A DNA stretch of 64,000 bases from Hemiscyllium ocellatum (Eukaryota): the NCBI RefSeq assembly GCF_020745735.1, contig NC_083418.1:49555776-49619775 (forward strand). The letters run 5' to 3'. Position 1 is the first letter of the stretch; each line of letters opens with the position of its first letter. This document shows positions 1-13,115 of this stretch, piece by piece. The notes below the pieces were generated by a model, which was given only the letters and a program-made list of their open reading frames with translations, was not told where the DNA came from and made no database searches. The translations under genes were made by a program, and so were the position numbers.

Positions 1-206
1 CTTGAGGGTAAACAAAAATATTGTTTTATATTTCGAAGAAAATCCGTGTCACTGTGCGGCTAATATCCCGAATTGCAGTAAACTTGTCATTTGATTCCAT
101 AAAACTGGGCGTGTTCGATGAACAGAAAGTAAAAATAATATCTGGTTTGGAAGCCTGAAGAATCGATTCTCTGAATGAAAATGTTTGTATTTTCCGGTTT
201 AAAAGG

Positions 207-258
207 ATGGAAATCTTACTTTTCTGTGTTGTCCTCATATTTTGCACTTCATTAGTAG
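207..258 (+). CDS. NCR3LG1: Exon 1, signal peptide (MEILLFCVVLIFCTSLV+G), phase 1
   Basis: ATG at 207, 17 mostly hydrophobic codons, then G|GTAAGA donor at 259. G + GA from exon 2 gives Gly in frame. Not in the ORF track because it is too short. Gene symbol means -like. Confidence 0.85.
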
Positions 259-1073
259 GTAAGAGGATACGAGTTTTGGTGTCTCTTGATCGTAGGCTTC
301 GGAAACTCTAAACAAATACGCCTGTTAGGACTAAGTCCGACCTTCAATTCTGCCTCACGCCAATACGCGGGGAGGGTTCTATGGTTTTTGCTCTACTGCG
401 TGGATTTAGCTTTTAATGACGATGTTTTACAACGTTTTTTCAGGAATCGAAATATTTATTTGAATGTCAAATGTGACAGGATCGTACCGTTTGATTCTCA
501 ATTGACCTTTCGCAGTCAGAATAAATACGTGGCTGTGTAATGAGGGAAGTAATAAAATCATAAACTTGGAACTGCTGGTAAACATCAAGTTTTCAGAGAT
601 ATGTGACCTCTTGGAAAAATATAATTGAGATGACGGCACTTCTCCTTCCACCCAGAAGTTTCAGCTTTATGTGTGGTCATCTTGTTTTGACTGTGTCCAT
701 CCAGTAAACATTATTGAAGTAAACATAGAGCGAGCGCACTGCTGAAACTCCCCAGAAAATGTGGCAGCATCTGTGGGCAGAGAGCCCGAGTTAATGTTTC
801 CACTTTGGTATAAGTCTTCAGAACTTGCTTTCATTCAAATAATATTACTGAAGTGATTTGTCCTAACATCCCACGTTGTAAACTGAAGTCATAAATGCAA
901 CAGTGTGAACATAGTTTTTGTTTGTTGAAACGAGGTTAAATAGTTTATATTATTTTCTACATTGAACATTCTCACGACTTTTTAAGCCTTCACGTGACCG
1001 TGATTTCAAGAAGTGTTCTCAGCCCGCTGTGCGTACAATTTGGAGGCGCCGTTGCTAAACTAGGGCGGATAAG

Positions 1074-1185
1074 GTTAAAAATCATACAACAGCATGTTAT
1101 AGTTCAACAGATTTATTTGGATGCACTGGTTTGTGCTTCCAGATAAACCTGTTGGACTATGACCTGGTGTTGTGTGATTTTTAAC
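1074..1185. mobile_element. Penelope-derived fold-back element (aaaaatcacacaac family), core deleted
   Basis: Imperfect palindrome gttaaaaatcatacaac...gttgtgtgatttttaac; same family at 5824 and 24432. Confidence 0.6.
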
Positions 1186-1838
1186 GTTGTACGTACAAAC
1201 GTGAACATGACCGGTCAAGAGCAACCCTTTGAGACTACAATACTTCACCATTCAATAACTGGCTGACTTGATTGTTGCTTTCTTGAAATCTAATTTCAGT
1301 ACATCGAGGTTCCCTTTTATCTGCAGTAAGTCTTCTTTAACCAAGCCCAATAAACACGTTAAACCTGAATTCTCTTTCACGAAATCTTGTTAATCCTGTC
1401 TGATTAACGCAAACTTTCCTAAACAGTCCTGCTGTCACTTTAGTTGAAGCTTCTGTCATCTTTCCCATGACACGTCAGACTAATTGCATTGGTGTTTCTT
1501 ATTTTCTGTCTTACTCTTTTTTTTGAGTAAAGGAGTTGCATTTACATTTCCAATCTAATAGAATTTTTCCTTAATCTAAAAAGTTTTGGAATGCTAAAAC
1601 CACATATCCACTATATTACTAGCCATCTCTTTTAAGATCAAGGTTTGACCTACCAAGGACCCAGGGACATGTCAGTCTCAGTTCCAAAAATTTGCTGAGT
1701 ACCAATTCACTGGCAACTATAATTTTCTTGACTGCCTTACTCACTTCCATTTCCAGATTTACAGTAATTTCCAGGATATTAATTGTAGACCAAAAGTGAA
1801 GACCAATTGCAAAATGCCTGTTCAGTTCATCTGTCATC

Positions 1839-3595
1839 TAGAGTCATAGAGATGTACAGCATGGAAACAGACCCTTCGGTCCAACCTGTCCATGCCGACC
1901 AGATATCCCAACCCAATCTAGTCCCACCTGCCAGCACCCGGCCCATATCCCTCCAAACCCTTCCTATTCATATACCCACTCAAATGCCTCTTAAATGTTG
2001 CAATTGTACCAGCCTCCACCACTTCCTCTGGCAGCTCATTCTATACACGTACCACCCTCTGTGTGAAAAAGTTGCCCGTTAGGTTTGTTTTATATCTTTC
2101 CCTTCACACCCTAAACCTATGCCCTCTAGTTCTGGACTCCCTGACCCCAGGGAAAAGACTTTGCCTGTTTACTCTATCCATGCCCCTCATAATTTTGTAA
2201 ACCTCTATACGGTCACCTCTCAGCCTCCGACGCTCCAGGGAAAACAGCCCCAGCCTATTCAGCCTCTCCCTATAGCTCAAATCCTCCATCCCTGGCAACA
2301 TCCTTGTAAATCTTTTCTGAACCCTTTCAAGTTTCACAACATCTTTCCGATAGGAAGGAGGCCAGACTTGCACTCAGTATTCCAACAGTGGCCTAACCAA
2401 TGTCCTGTACAGCCGCAACATGACCTCCAAACTCCTGTATTCAATACTCTGACCAATAAAGGAAAGCATACCAAACACCTTCTTCACTATCCTATCTACC
2501 TGCGACTCCACTTTCAAGGAGCTATGAACCTGCACTGCAAGATCTCTTTGTTCAGCAACACTCCCCAGGACCTTACCATTAAGTGTATAAGTCCTGCTAA
2601 GATTTGCATTCCCAAAATGCAGCACCTCGCGTTTATCTGAATTAAACTCCATCTGCCACTTCTCAGTCCTTTGGTCCATCTGATCAAGATCCTGTCGTAA
2701 TCTGAGGTAACCCTCTTCACTGTCCACTACATCTCCAATTTTAGTGTCATCTGCAAACTTACTAACAGTCCCTCTTATGCTCGCATCCAAATCATTTATG
2801 TAAATGACAAAAGGTAGAGGACCTGGCATCAATCCTTGTAGCACTCCACTGGTCACAGGCCTCCAATCTGAAAAACAAACTCCACAACTACCTTCTGTCT
2901 TCTATCTTTGAGCCATTTCTGTATCCTAATGGCTAGTTCTTCCAGTATTCCATGAGATCTAACCTCGCTAATCAGTCTCCCATGGGGAACCTTGTCGAAT
3001 GCCTTACTGAAGTCGATATAGATCACATCTACTGCTCTGCCCTCATCAATCCTCTTTGTTACTTCCTCAAAAAACTCAATCAAACTTGTGAGACTTGATT
3101 TCCCATGCACAAAGCCATGTTGACTATCAGTCCTTGCCTTTCCAAATACATAGGTAAAAACAATGACTGCAGATGCTGGAAACTAGAGTCTAGATTAGAG
3201 TGGTGCTGGAAAAGCACAGCAGTTCATGCAGCATCTGAGGAGCAGTAAAATCGACGTTTCGGGCAAATGCCCTTCATCAGGAATACGTGTACATCCTGCC
3301 CCTCAGGATTCCCTCCAACAACTTGCCCACCACTGGTGTCAGGCTTACTGGTCTATAGTTCCCTGGCTTGTCCTTACCACCCTTCTTAAACAGTGGCACC
3401 ACGTTTGCCAACCTCCAGTCTTCTGGCACCTCTTGTGACTATTGATGATACAAATATCTCAGCAAGAGGCCCAGCAATCACTTCTCTAGCTTCCCACAGA
3501 ATTCTCGGGTACACCTGATCAGGTCCTGGGGATTTATCCACCTTTGCCCATTTCAAGACATCCAGCACTTCCTCCTCTGTAATCTGGACATTTTG
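1839..3595 (-). mobile_element. CR1 (HER1-like) LINE, 5'-truncated, frameshifted RT
   Basis: Minus-strand ORFs with SKFADD, YIDFSKAFDKVPH and SGVLQG; tctatgac-type 3' tail at 1839. Confidence 0.9.
3152..3281 (-). mobile_element. Short Penelope-type terminal fragment inserted in CR1
   Basis: Reverse complement reads ctgatgaagggcatttgcccgaaacgtcgatt...gctgtgcttttccagcaccac; flanked by aatacat/aatacgt, a probable TSD. Confidence 0.7.
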
Positions 3596-4021
3596 CTCTT
3601 TTATTATCCATTATTAGCGCACCAGATTCACTTTTTCAAGAACCAATGCACGCTTTATTAACTTTATTCTTTTGAAAATGTTTATAGAAATCTCTATTTT
3701 TATATTTGCTCACTTTTTCTCATATTCAAATTTTCTGTGCTATTTTAATGTTTAACCTAACTTTCTCTCAGACTCTACTTTCCCCTTCCTTATTCAACTT
3801 TTTGTCTTTTTTACCTTTTATAATATTCCGTCCATGCTTCTGACTTGCAAATCAACTTTGCATAATTATATGCTTTTTCATAAAGTTTGACATAATTTTT
3901 CTAGTTAACCATAGAATGTTGATCTTGCCTTGAAATTTGTCCTTCTTTTCAAATGTAACTATCCTCTGTATTTGTAATATTCTCTTAAATGCTTGTCACC
4001 ACATCTCTCTTGCATATCCCT

Positions 4022-4222
4022 TAATCTAATCTGCCAGTTTAGGTTAGAATCTCTACAGTGTGGAAGCAGGCCATTCAGCCTATCAAGTCCACACCAACCC
4101 TCCAAAGAGTATCCCATTCAGACACATCCCTTATCCCTGCAACCTGCATTTCCCATGACTAATCCACCTAAACTACATATCCCTGACACCATGGGCAATT
4201 TTGCATGGCCAGTTCACCTAAG
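4022..4222 (-). mobile_element. HE1/V-SINE 3' fragment
   Basis: Shares acagtgtggaa...ggcc...agtccacacc...gggcaattt.gcatggcca.ttcaccta with the full SINE at 62434. Confidence 0.6.
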
Positions 4223-4935
4223 TCATAGAGTCATAGAGTCAGTGAGACGGACAGCACAGAAACAGACCCTTTGGTCCAACTTCTCCATACTGACCAGATA
4301 CCCTAAAGTAATCTAGTCCCATTTGCCAGCACTTGGCTCATATCCCTCTAAACGGTCCGTATTCATGTATCCACCCAGACGACTTTTAAATCTGTAATTG
4401 TACCAGCCTCCACCACTTCCTCTGGAAGCTCATTCCATACACACACCACCCTCTGCATGAAAAAGTTGCCCCTTAAGTCCCTTTTATACCTTTCCCCTCC
4501 AACGCTAAACATATGCCTTCCAGTTTTAGACTGCCCCACCCCAGGGAAAACATCTGTCTATTTATCCTATCCATGCCCCTCATGATTTTATAAACCACTG
4601 TAAGCACACCCCTTTGTCCCGGTGGTCTAGGGAAAACAGCCTCAGCCTATTCAGGCTCTCCCTATAGCTCAAATCCTGCAACCCTGGCAACATCTTTGTA
4701 AATCTTTTCTGAACCCTTTCAAGTTTCACAGCATTCTTCCAATAGGAAGGAGACCAGAATTGCATGCAATATTCCAACAGTGGCCTAACCAATGTCCTGT
4801 ACAGCCGCAACATGGCCTCCCAACTCCTGTACTCAGTGCTCTGACCAATAAAGGAAAGCATACCAAATACCTTCTTCACAATCCTATCTACCTGCAACTC
4901 TACTTTCAGCCTGCACTCCAAGATCTCTTTGTTCA
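4222..4935 (-). mobile_element. CR1 LINE 3' fragment
   Basis: ORF 4580-4936 (RTLVRPLLEYCMQFWSP) and an agtcatag tail. Confidence 0.85.
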
Positions 4936-5823
4936 TGAGCAGGCCATTTAATCAGTGCATGTTCAAGTTTATCTTCTATTCAAGCATTGTCCTAATCCCA
5001 TGCACTTGCTTTGTTTCCAGATTCCTTTATCCATCAACCATCTATCTAATGTTTTGAATGCTGAAATGTTCTCTGCCTCAACCATTATATATTTCTAAGA
5101 TTTGTACTTCAAAAAAAACTTTATCACCATCCAAAGTCACTTAAATGTATTTTGTGTTGTTGCATTCTCATTGATGCAGTAGAAAATCTTCCTACATACA
5201 CTGTGTTTCTAACTTGAAAATGTTTACCAAATCACCATTTCAAAACCTGAAATCCAACGAAAACAGGCATAATTGTCCAAGTCTTTGTAGTTGAGATTAT
5301 GCAAATAGGAAGCAAATTAATGAATTAATATTTGGCTGTTCCCTTTCGATATCATGGATCCCAAAACTGCATACATTATTCTGACTGTATGCATTCTAGA
5401 TTTGGCATCATACGCTGAATTCCTTTGGAGGAATAATAATGCTGATTGCTGACCGTTTTGCTTCTGCAACATCCAGAGCATTACAAAGGGGGAAAGATAA
5501 GTAACAGCACAGGAAATTCACTGAAAAAAAGTTGATTTCTGTGGAATTTGTGCCATTTTTCCTTTTATAAAAAGTGAGAGAATGTGTTAAATTGTTGTTT
5601 ACAGCACATGGGGTGGCCATTCGGTGTATTATTTGTCTAAGTCATGGAATGTATCAATTCTTGATACATTTGGCATGAGGTAACCCTGGAGCAGTCAGTG
5701 AAAATGTTGATCCTTCAGCACTTCAAGACTTTTCCACAAGTCAGTGAGATCATTGTTGACCTGTTCCTTAGCAAAATTTGTAAGCCTTGATCACTATCCA
5801 TTGATACACTTACATTGTAAAAT

Positions 5824-6020
5824 GTTAAAAATTACACAACACCAGGTTACAATTCAACAGGTTTAATTGGACGCACTAGCTTTCGGAGCACTAGCTTCAG
5901 GTGATGAAGGAGCAGCGCTCCAAAAGCTAGTGCTTCCAATTAAACCTGTTGGATTATAACCTGATGTTGTGTGATTTTTTAACTTCATACACCCCAGTCC
6001 AACACCGGCATCTCCGTATC
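5824..6020. mobile_element. Penelope-derived fold-back element with degenerate hammerhead-like core
   Basis: Inverted arms; internal gtgatgaaggagcagcgctccaaaagctag. Confidence 0.65.
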
Positions 6021-6764
6021 ATTGTAAAATGTCATTCACAATCTGGAAAATATCAACTGACCCAGTATTCACAGCCATTTCCATTTGACATTCTGCTCTC
6101 ACACTACCTTTTGTGTGAAAAAGTAGTTCCTAATATCACGCCTCACTTTTTGACATTTACTTTACTGAGTCCTTTAATCATTTTGAACACTTCAGATAAT
6201 TCAAGTTCATTTCTCAAAAGAACCTAAGCTAGATTTACTTAACTTGCAATAATTTAACCCTTCTATTCTACATCATTCTGATCATTGACACACATATGAA
6301 AATCAGAAGGAACTATTTTATATTCCCCTTTTAGAAGTTGGATTTTGTAGCAAACGTTTCTCATATATCTGTTTTTGATGTATGAATAAAAGTTTAGCAT
6401 TTAATAGTGTGGTCAAATCTGAGGTTTCAAAGCTTGTATTTTTGTCACTGCCTTCATTGAAGAGAGGGGCTGAACAGCTGGTTTGTGATGCAGAGTGTTC
6501 TCAACAGCATGGATTCAATCCCCACTCTGGTTAAAGTGGCCATGAGGCCCCACCTTCTTAACTTTGCCTCTTGCTTAAACCATCACCAGTTAACTCCCTT
6601 TAATGAAAGCATGGACTATGGTGGCTTCAACTTGTTATTGAAGAGGGAAATGAAGAAAGGAAACTGACCCTTCCAGTTTCTACAGAAATTGAGACTGAAA
6701 CCAATAGGAAACTTTCTAAGAATACTGGATATGGTTGGAAAGTTCTTATTAAATATTTCTTAAT

Positions 6765-7085
6765 GGCCTAGGGATATCTCTGGCAATGTCAGCATTTGTT
6801 GCCTATCAGTGAATACCTTTTGATCAGTACGACAGAATCAACCATATTACTGTGGATCTGGAGTCACATGAAGCCCTGACTGTAGAATGTAGATTGTCTT
6901 CCCTATGAAGGACATCAGTAAACCAGATGGATTTTTACAGTTGCCAGTCTTTAAGCTTCAGCTCATCATTAACTTTAAATTCCAGCTGCTGTGAGTTGGG
7001 AGTTGAACCCACGTCCCCAGAGCATTAGCCTCGGTCTCTTCATTTTTAGTTCAGCGACAGTATCACAATGTCCCATCCTCCTACA
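6765..7085 (-). mobile_element. tRNA-derived SINE (SacSINE1/DeuSINE-like), old
   Basis: Recognised from memory; reverse-complement B-box-like gggttcaactcc near 7000; a homologous copy lies at about 17075-17405. Confidence 0.45.
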
Positions 7086-7526
7086 GGCAAAACAGCTTGA
7101 TTTATAGTTATGGAATACTGAAAACTGCTACCTGATTTCAGTAATGGATAATGATGAGGCCAGCTATGCAGTACAGGCAGGCAGGTTGAAGAATTTAGAT
7201 CCAGAAACTGTTAATAAGCAATGATAATGATTGCTCAACTGTTTCCATTACTTCAAGATAGTGGCATTTTATCATCCAATTAGAATTGAGGATGTTCTGC
7301 ATACATAAGCCATTTTTAATGAAGACCATACCATTGAACTTGTTTTGGTTAAACCCACCTGTTGGCTAGAGATGAGGCTAAATCCTAGGATTTGATGAGA
7401 TTTGATTGATTATTCACATCTACCTAGGCACAGTGGAAAGTTTTGTTTGGCCCGCAGTGCCAGCAGATCATACCATACAAAGTGCATAAGGGTAATAGAA
7501 CAGAACGAGTAATACAATACCATGGA

Positions 7527-9268
7527 TAGACGCAGCACCAAACTTTGTGGAACACCACTGGTCACTGGCCTCCAGTCTGAAAAGCAACTCTCCACCACCA
7601 CCCTCTGTCTTCTACTTTTGAGCTAATTCCATATCCAAATGGCTAGTTCTTCCTGTATTCCATGTGATTTAGCCTTGCTAACCAGTCTATCAAGATGAAC
7701 GTCTGATGCTCATCAAACCCCTTCATTACATCTTCAGAAAACTCATTCAAGTTAGTGAAACATGATTTCCCATACACAAAGCCACATTGACTATCCCTAA
7801 TCAGTCCTTATCTTTCCAAATACATGTAAATTCTGTCCCACAGGATTCCCTCCAACAACGTGCCCACCATTGATGTCAGGGTCACCAGTCTATTGTTCCT
7901 TGGCTTTTCCTATTCACCTTTCTTGAATAGTGGCACAATGATAGCCAATCTCCATTTTTCTGGCACCTCACCTATGGCTATCAATAATACAAATGTCTCA
8001 ACAAGGGGCCCAGCAATCTCTTCTCTCTCTGCCCACAGAGTTTTAGGGTACACCTGATCAGGTCCCAGGGATTTATCCACCGGTATGCATTTTAAGACAT
8101 CCAGCATTCCTTCTCTGTAATATGGACATTTTTCAAGATGTTGCTATTTATTTCCTCACATTCTATACCTTCCATATCCTTCTCCACAGGAAACACTGAT
8201 GCACAAATAGTCATTTAGTATATCACCCATCTCCTGTGGTTCCACACATCGGCTGCCTTGCTAATCTTTAAGGGACCCAATTCTCTCCCTACTTAGTCTT
8301 TTGTCCTTAATGTTTTTGTAGAATCCTTTTGAATTCTCCAAAACCTTATTTGCCAAAACTGTTTTATGTTCCCTTTCAGATGGGATGTGAACACAGGAGG
8401 TAGAGTTAGTAAGTTTGCAGATGACACTAAAATTGGAGGTGTAGTGGACAGCGAAGAAGGGTACCTCACAGGACAACAGGATCTTGATTAGGTAGGTCAA
8501 TAGATCAAGGATTGGCAGATGGAGTTTAATTTAGACAAATGTTAGGTGCTGATTTTGAAAGGCAAATCAGGGCAGGGCTTAAACACTTAATGGTAAGGAT
8601 GGGGCGTGTTGCTGAACAAAGCGACCTTGGAGTGCAGGTTCATAGATCCTTGAAAATGGAGTCACAGGTTGCCTTTATTGGTCAGTGCATTGAGTATAGG
8701 GGTTGTGAGATCATGTTGTGGCTATACAGGACATTGGTTAGGTCAGGTTTGGAGTACTGTATGCAATTCTGATCTCCCTGCTTTAAGAAGGACGTTGTGA
8801 AACTTTAAAGGGTCCAGAAAAGATTTATGAGGATGTTGCCAGGGTTGTAGGGTTTGAACTATAGGGAGAGGCTGCATAGGTTGGAGCATTGGATGCTGAG
8901 GGGTGATGTTACAGAGGTTTATTAAATCATTAGGGGCAAGGATTGGATAAATAGGCAAGGTCTTTTCCCCGGAATGGGTGAGTCCAAAACTAAAGGGTAT
9001 GAGTTTAAAATGAGAGGAGAAAGATTTAAAAAGGACCTAAGGAGCAACTTTGTCAAGCAGACGCTAGTGTACAAATGGAATGAACTGCCAGAGGATGTGG
9101 TGGAGGCTGGTACGATGGATCCGAATGGGTATATGAAGAGGAAGGGTTTAGAGAGACATGGACCAAATGCTGGCACATGGGACTAGATTTATATAGGACA
9201 TCTGACCGGCATGGATGAGTTAAACTGAAGCATCTGTTTCTGTGCTGTTTACCTTTATGACTCTATAA
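7527..9268. mobile_element. CR1 LINE with inverted 5' part (about 7527-8380 minus, 8385-9268 plus)
   Basis: The minus piece ends at RPVTSGVPQ; the plus piece starts just downstream at SKFADD and runs to a tatgactctat tail. Confidence 0.75.
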
Positions 9269-9314
9269 CTGCAGAGAAGGTGCACAAAGATTAAGATCAA
9301 CATCAAATTTAAGA

Positions 9315-11105
9315 TTTGAAAGGACCATTCAGAAGTCTAACAACTGCAAGGAAGAAGCTGTTCTTAAGCTTTTGTCTCTTCTGCTTGATGGAAGAGTTTG
9401 GAAGAGGTTACAGTATATCAGGGTGACAGCAGTCTTGATTATGTTGGCTGTCTTCCCCAGGCAGCCTGATTGATGGATAGAGTAAATGTATGAAACATTG
9501 GCTTGTGTAATGGACTGAGTTGCGTTCATTTCCCTCTGTAGCTTTTTTATGGCCCTGGGCAGTGCATTTGCAACACCAAGTTGTGATGCATCTGGATAGA
9601 ATGCTTTCTGTGTTGTGATCATATAATGACTGGAGTTGGTGAGTGGCGGAAACAGCCTCTTTTAGTCAGCACTCACAGTACAAGTCTGAGGCAGCAAAAA
9701 ACCTCGAGGTACAGTTCTTACAAGAGACCCTTTATACACAGTTCTTACATTTCGTAAAATTCCATTACCATGGTGTTACAATTTTTATCTCTAGTACACA
9801 AAGTTTTGAAGGGCTTCTGACCTGGGAGACTGGAGACGGGTTAAAACATCTGCTAAGTGCTGGCCTGCTACTTCTGATGGGACAACTGTCCGGTCTGCTT
9901 GCATAATTGGGAGGTGTCAGTCTTTTTGTCTTTTAAGTTAGTAAATATTAGTAAATATGCTAGGCCTGTATGCTCGAAATTAGTTAAAAATTGTACCTAT
10001 ATGTAATAAAATAATAAAGGGTATTAAGCTGATTACTGTAGTTGGGTTGTGATATTTATTTACTATTTGCTGGTATGAGTTTCATTCATTCATGCAATTT
10101 CATAGAATTGCTGATTTGGCAGTTAGCTTCTTAAAGGGACAATGGCCAAGTTAAAAGGTATTTAACAGGTACCTAATCTATTCAGGTCCAGAAGATGGTT
10201 AGTAAGTGCTGATTAATATTATAATGTTTGATGGGGATGGTATTGTTCTGTATGCTTCATTTATTCAGAGGAAAACACTGCTTGTGGCAAGAGATGATAA
10301 GGTGTGGAAATGCACTAATGAGTTTGAAAGGGTTGTTTTAAAATTTGGATACTGCAGAACTGTAGTTTTATGAATGAATGAATGAATAAATATAGTAAAT
10401 AATAGGGAAGTAAAAGGTTATGAATGAACGAACAGGAACTCGGTATTAATGAATATAGCGAGCTGGTGCATGGGTTAATAAAGATAACCCATAACACAAT
10501 GTGTCATAACACAATATCTCACAAGTGCATCTATAAAAATTGGTCAGTGTCTTTATGGATATGCTGAATTTCCTTAGTCTCTGAGGAAGTAGCCTCTTGT
10601 TGTGCTTTCTTGACCATCACCTCAGTGCGGTTCGACTAGGACAGATTGTTGGTGATCATCACTCCTGGGAATGTGATTCTCTCAACTATCTCCACCTCAG
10701 CTCCATTGATGTAGATAAGGGCATACCCTCCATCTTGCATCCTAATGTCAATGATCAGCTCTTTCATTTTGCTGACATTGAGAGAGAGATTGTTATCTTT
10801 ATACCACACCACCAAGTACTGTGTCTCTTCTGTATTCTGTCTCATCATTGTTTGAAGTCAGGCTTACAAAAGTTATGTTGTCAACGAACTTATAGATGGA
10901 GTTAAAGATCAAATTTGGCCTCATTGGCATGAGTGTATTGGGAGTATACTATGAGGCTGAGTACGCAGCCATGAGGGTGCTGGTATTGAGGATTATCGTG
11001 TTTATTCTCACTGATTGCAGTCTGTGGATCAGGAAGCTGAGGATCTGGTTGCAGAGGGCAGGTCTCAGAGTTTGGAGATTAATTTGTTTGGAACTATAGT
11101 GTTGA
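9315..11105 (-). mobile_element. Rex1/Babar-type LINE remnant split by a roughly 0.9 kb insert (about 9613-10524)
   Basis: Minus ORFs NNLSLNVSKMKELIIDIR...GVMITNNLS (10636-10848) and KKLQREMNATQSITQ...CLGKTANIIK (9329-9622). Confidence 0.75.
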
Positions 11106-11549
11106 AGAACTAAGAGGAGAATACCTGAACATCTTATGAGGAAGACATAGTTTTAAAAATGCTCTGTCACTGAAACTGATTAGACTTATGCTGAGTGGAT
11201 TGCCATACCAAGTCATAACTTCTGAAAGTGCCTTTAATGTGTAATGTTTAGTTTATAACCAACCATAATTTGTCTATTACTTCACAATTAACTAATACTA
11301 ATTCTGGGTATAGAGCATAGAGGCTAATGAAAGTATTTAGTGTATGCTTTATTTGATTCCTGTATAATAAAAATGTATCTGTTTTAACCATGAAATCTTG
11401 TGACTTTGTATGTTTTGAAAATTTCAAAGTTCTTTTTAGAAAATTGATACTGATCCCTGCTGAGATTATAACAATAGTTCTCCACCTATTTGCAATATTG
11501 AGGCATGTTTATGCATTTTACTATTTTAAAATATTAAATTATTTTCTAG

Positions 11550-11888
11550 GACCTTTAGAAGTGGAGATATTTCCTGCACCACTGGAAGTTTTAGCAAATG
11601 AAGATGCTCTTTTAAAATGCAAATATAAAGAACCAGAATCTGACCTCTCACATGTAGCTGTTCGATGGACTTTTACATCACAAACAGCCAAGAAAGATGT
11701 GTATATATTCAATGGAGGAAAGCATCAACCAATCCGAAATGGAGCAAAGATGTTTGACAATGCTTTACAGAAAGGGAATGCTTCACTCTACCTTCCAAAT
11801 GTGCAACGTTATGAAGAAGGAACATACACGTGCATTGTTTTTGTTACTCCCCATAAAGAAGAAAAGAGTTCAGTGATGCAAGTGTCAG
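11550..11888 (+). CDS. NCR3LG1: Exon 2, Ig V-set domain of a B7-H6/NCR3LG1-like protein
   Basis: ttttctAG acceptor 11548-49 and TCA G|GTAGGA donor 11889; 339 nt. Translation has LKC...VRW...GNASLYLPNV...EGTYTC IgV hallmarks and a CIVFVTPHK G-strand resembling the B7-H6 CEVVVTPLK pattern (from memory, not a search). Confidence 0.9.
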
Positions 11889-13115
11889 GTAGGAGAGACA
11901 AAATCAATTTCAGCCCCATAACATGTGATTTTACTCACAGTACTGGGTATTTACTGGTATATGCAAAAATATTTATTTCCATCTGTAAAAGCATTAAACT
12001 TCTGACTCAGCTGATGACTAAGTAAGCATTCCAATTAATAACAGCCATCAATTTTGCAGTTTTTATAAAGCTAACTGATCTTGGTTGGAACAGTAATAGT
12101 AAGTGGTATCAAAAAAGAAAGTGTGAAGCGAAACATTGGATATCAAAAACACACAAAAATCTTGATAATTAAAAAAGAGCCCAGGAACAATTTAACTGTG
12201 AAAATGTATAACTGATAACAGCAATAGTCCCAGCGATGCCTATATCCAGAATTTAAAAATATTCTTCATGTAATTTCACAACTTGGATAGTTGATACATG
12301 GAAACCAGAAAATAATAAATCTGTTAGATGTTACTTTGGTTTTTGAACATCATATATTTAAAGATAAAATAGCTGAACACCTTGAAAACTTTCAGTAGAT
12401 CATAGAGAGGGTCGGTATCGAGTTATAAAGTCACAGTGAAGCAACTTAAGTAGTAACCATGGGAAGTTCTAAATATGTTCTCGCTACAACCTTCAAGAAG
12501 AAGTTTGATAAAGGGCAATTTACTAAAGTTGAAGCTGATGGAATTAATGTTAAATTATTGTCCATATTAAGAAATTGACTGCGCAATAGCAAACAGAATG
12601 AATGGTGTAATGCTCAGATAGTCCATTTGACAGAATATGGTTAAAGGTGTCCAACTGGACCATAGGCATTTACTATAAATATTATCTACTTTATATTCAT
12701 AGAATCAGACAGTTCAGAAGAAGCCCTTTGGCCCATTGATTCTGTACTGCCAAAAAATACACAAAAGCTGCACTTAATCAGATAAAGAGGCATGCATTCA
12801 AAATTGCTGATGGCACAAAAATTGTAACATTGTCAACAGTGTGGATTGAAGCCTGAAATTTATTGGTTTAAGTGAATGGTCAAAACTGTGACAAATGGAT
12901 TTCAAGAAGGGGCAAAAATGAAATCATCGACTTACAACCTAAATATACTTAGATCAGTGTAATTTCTAAATGATGAAAAACTAGAGGCATTTGGAGTGCT
13001 AACAAATTGGCTTCCAGGCACAAAGGTAATTGAAATATTATGAAAAGGAATCAAAAAGTGGTAATGGAATAAAAATGAAAAATGCTGGAAATACTCAATA
13101 CACCAGAGAGCATTT

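Noticed and set aside
1035-1072. RFX half-site (gttgctaaac) plus GC box in a CpG-richer part of intron 1
   Set aside because: Short, incomplete motif match; cannot be distinguished from chance without chromatin data.
11390-12025. 211-aa ORF as a single-exon gene
   Set aside because: Only 11550-11888 is exonic; the extensions are read-through into introns beyond clear splice sites.
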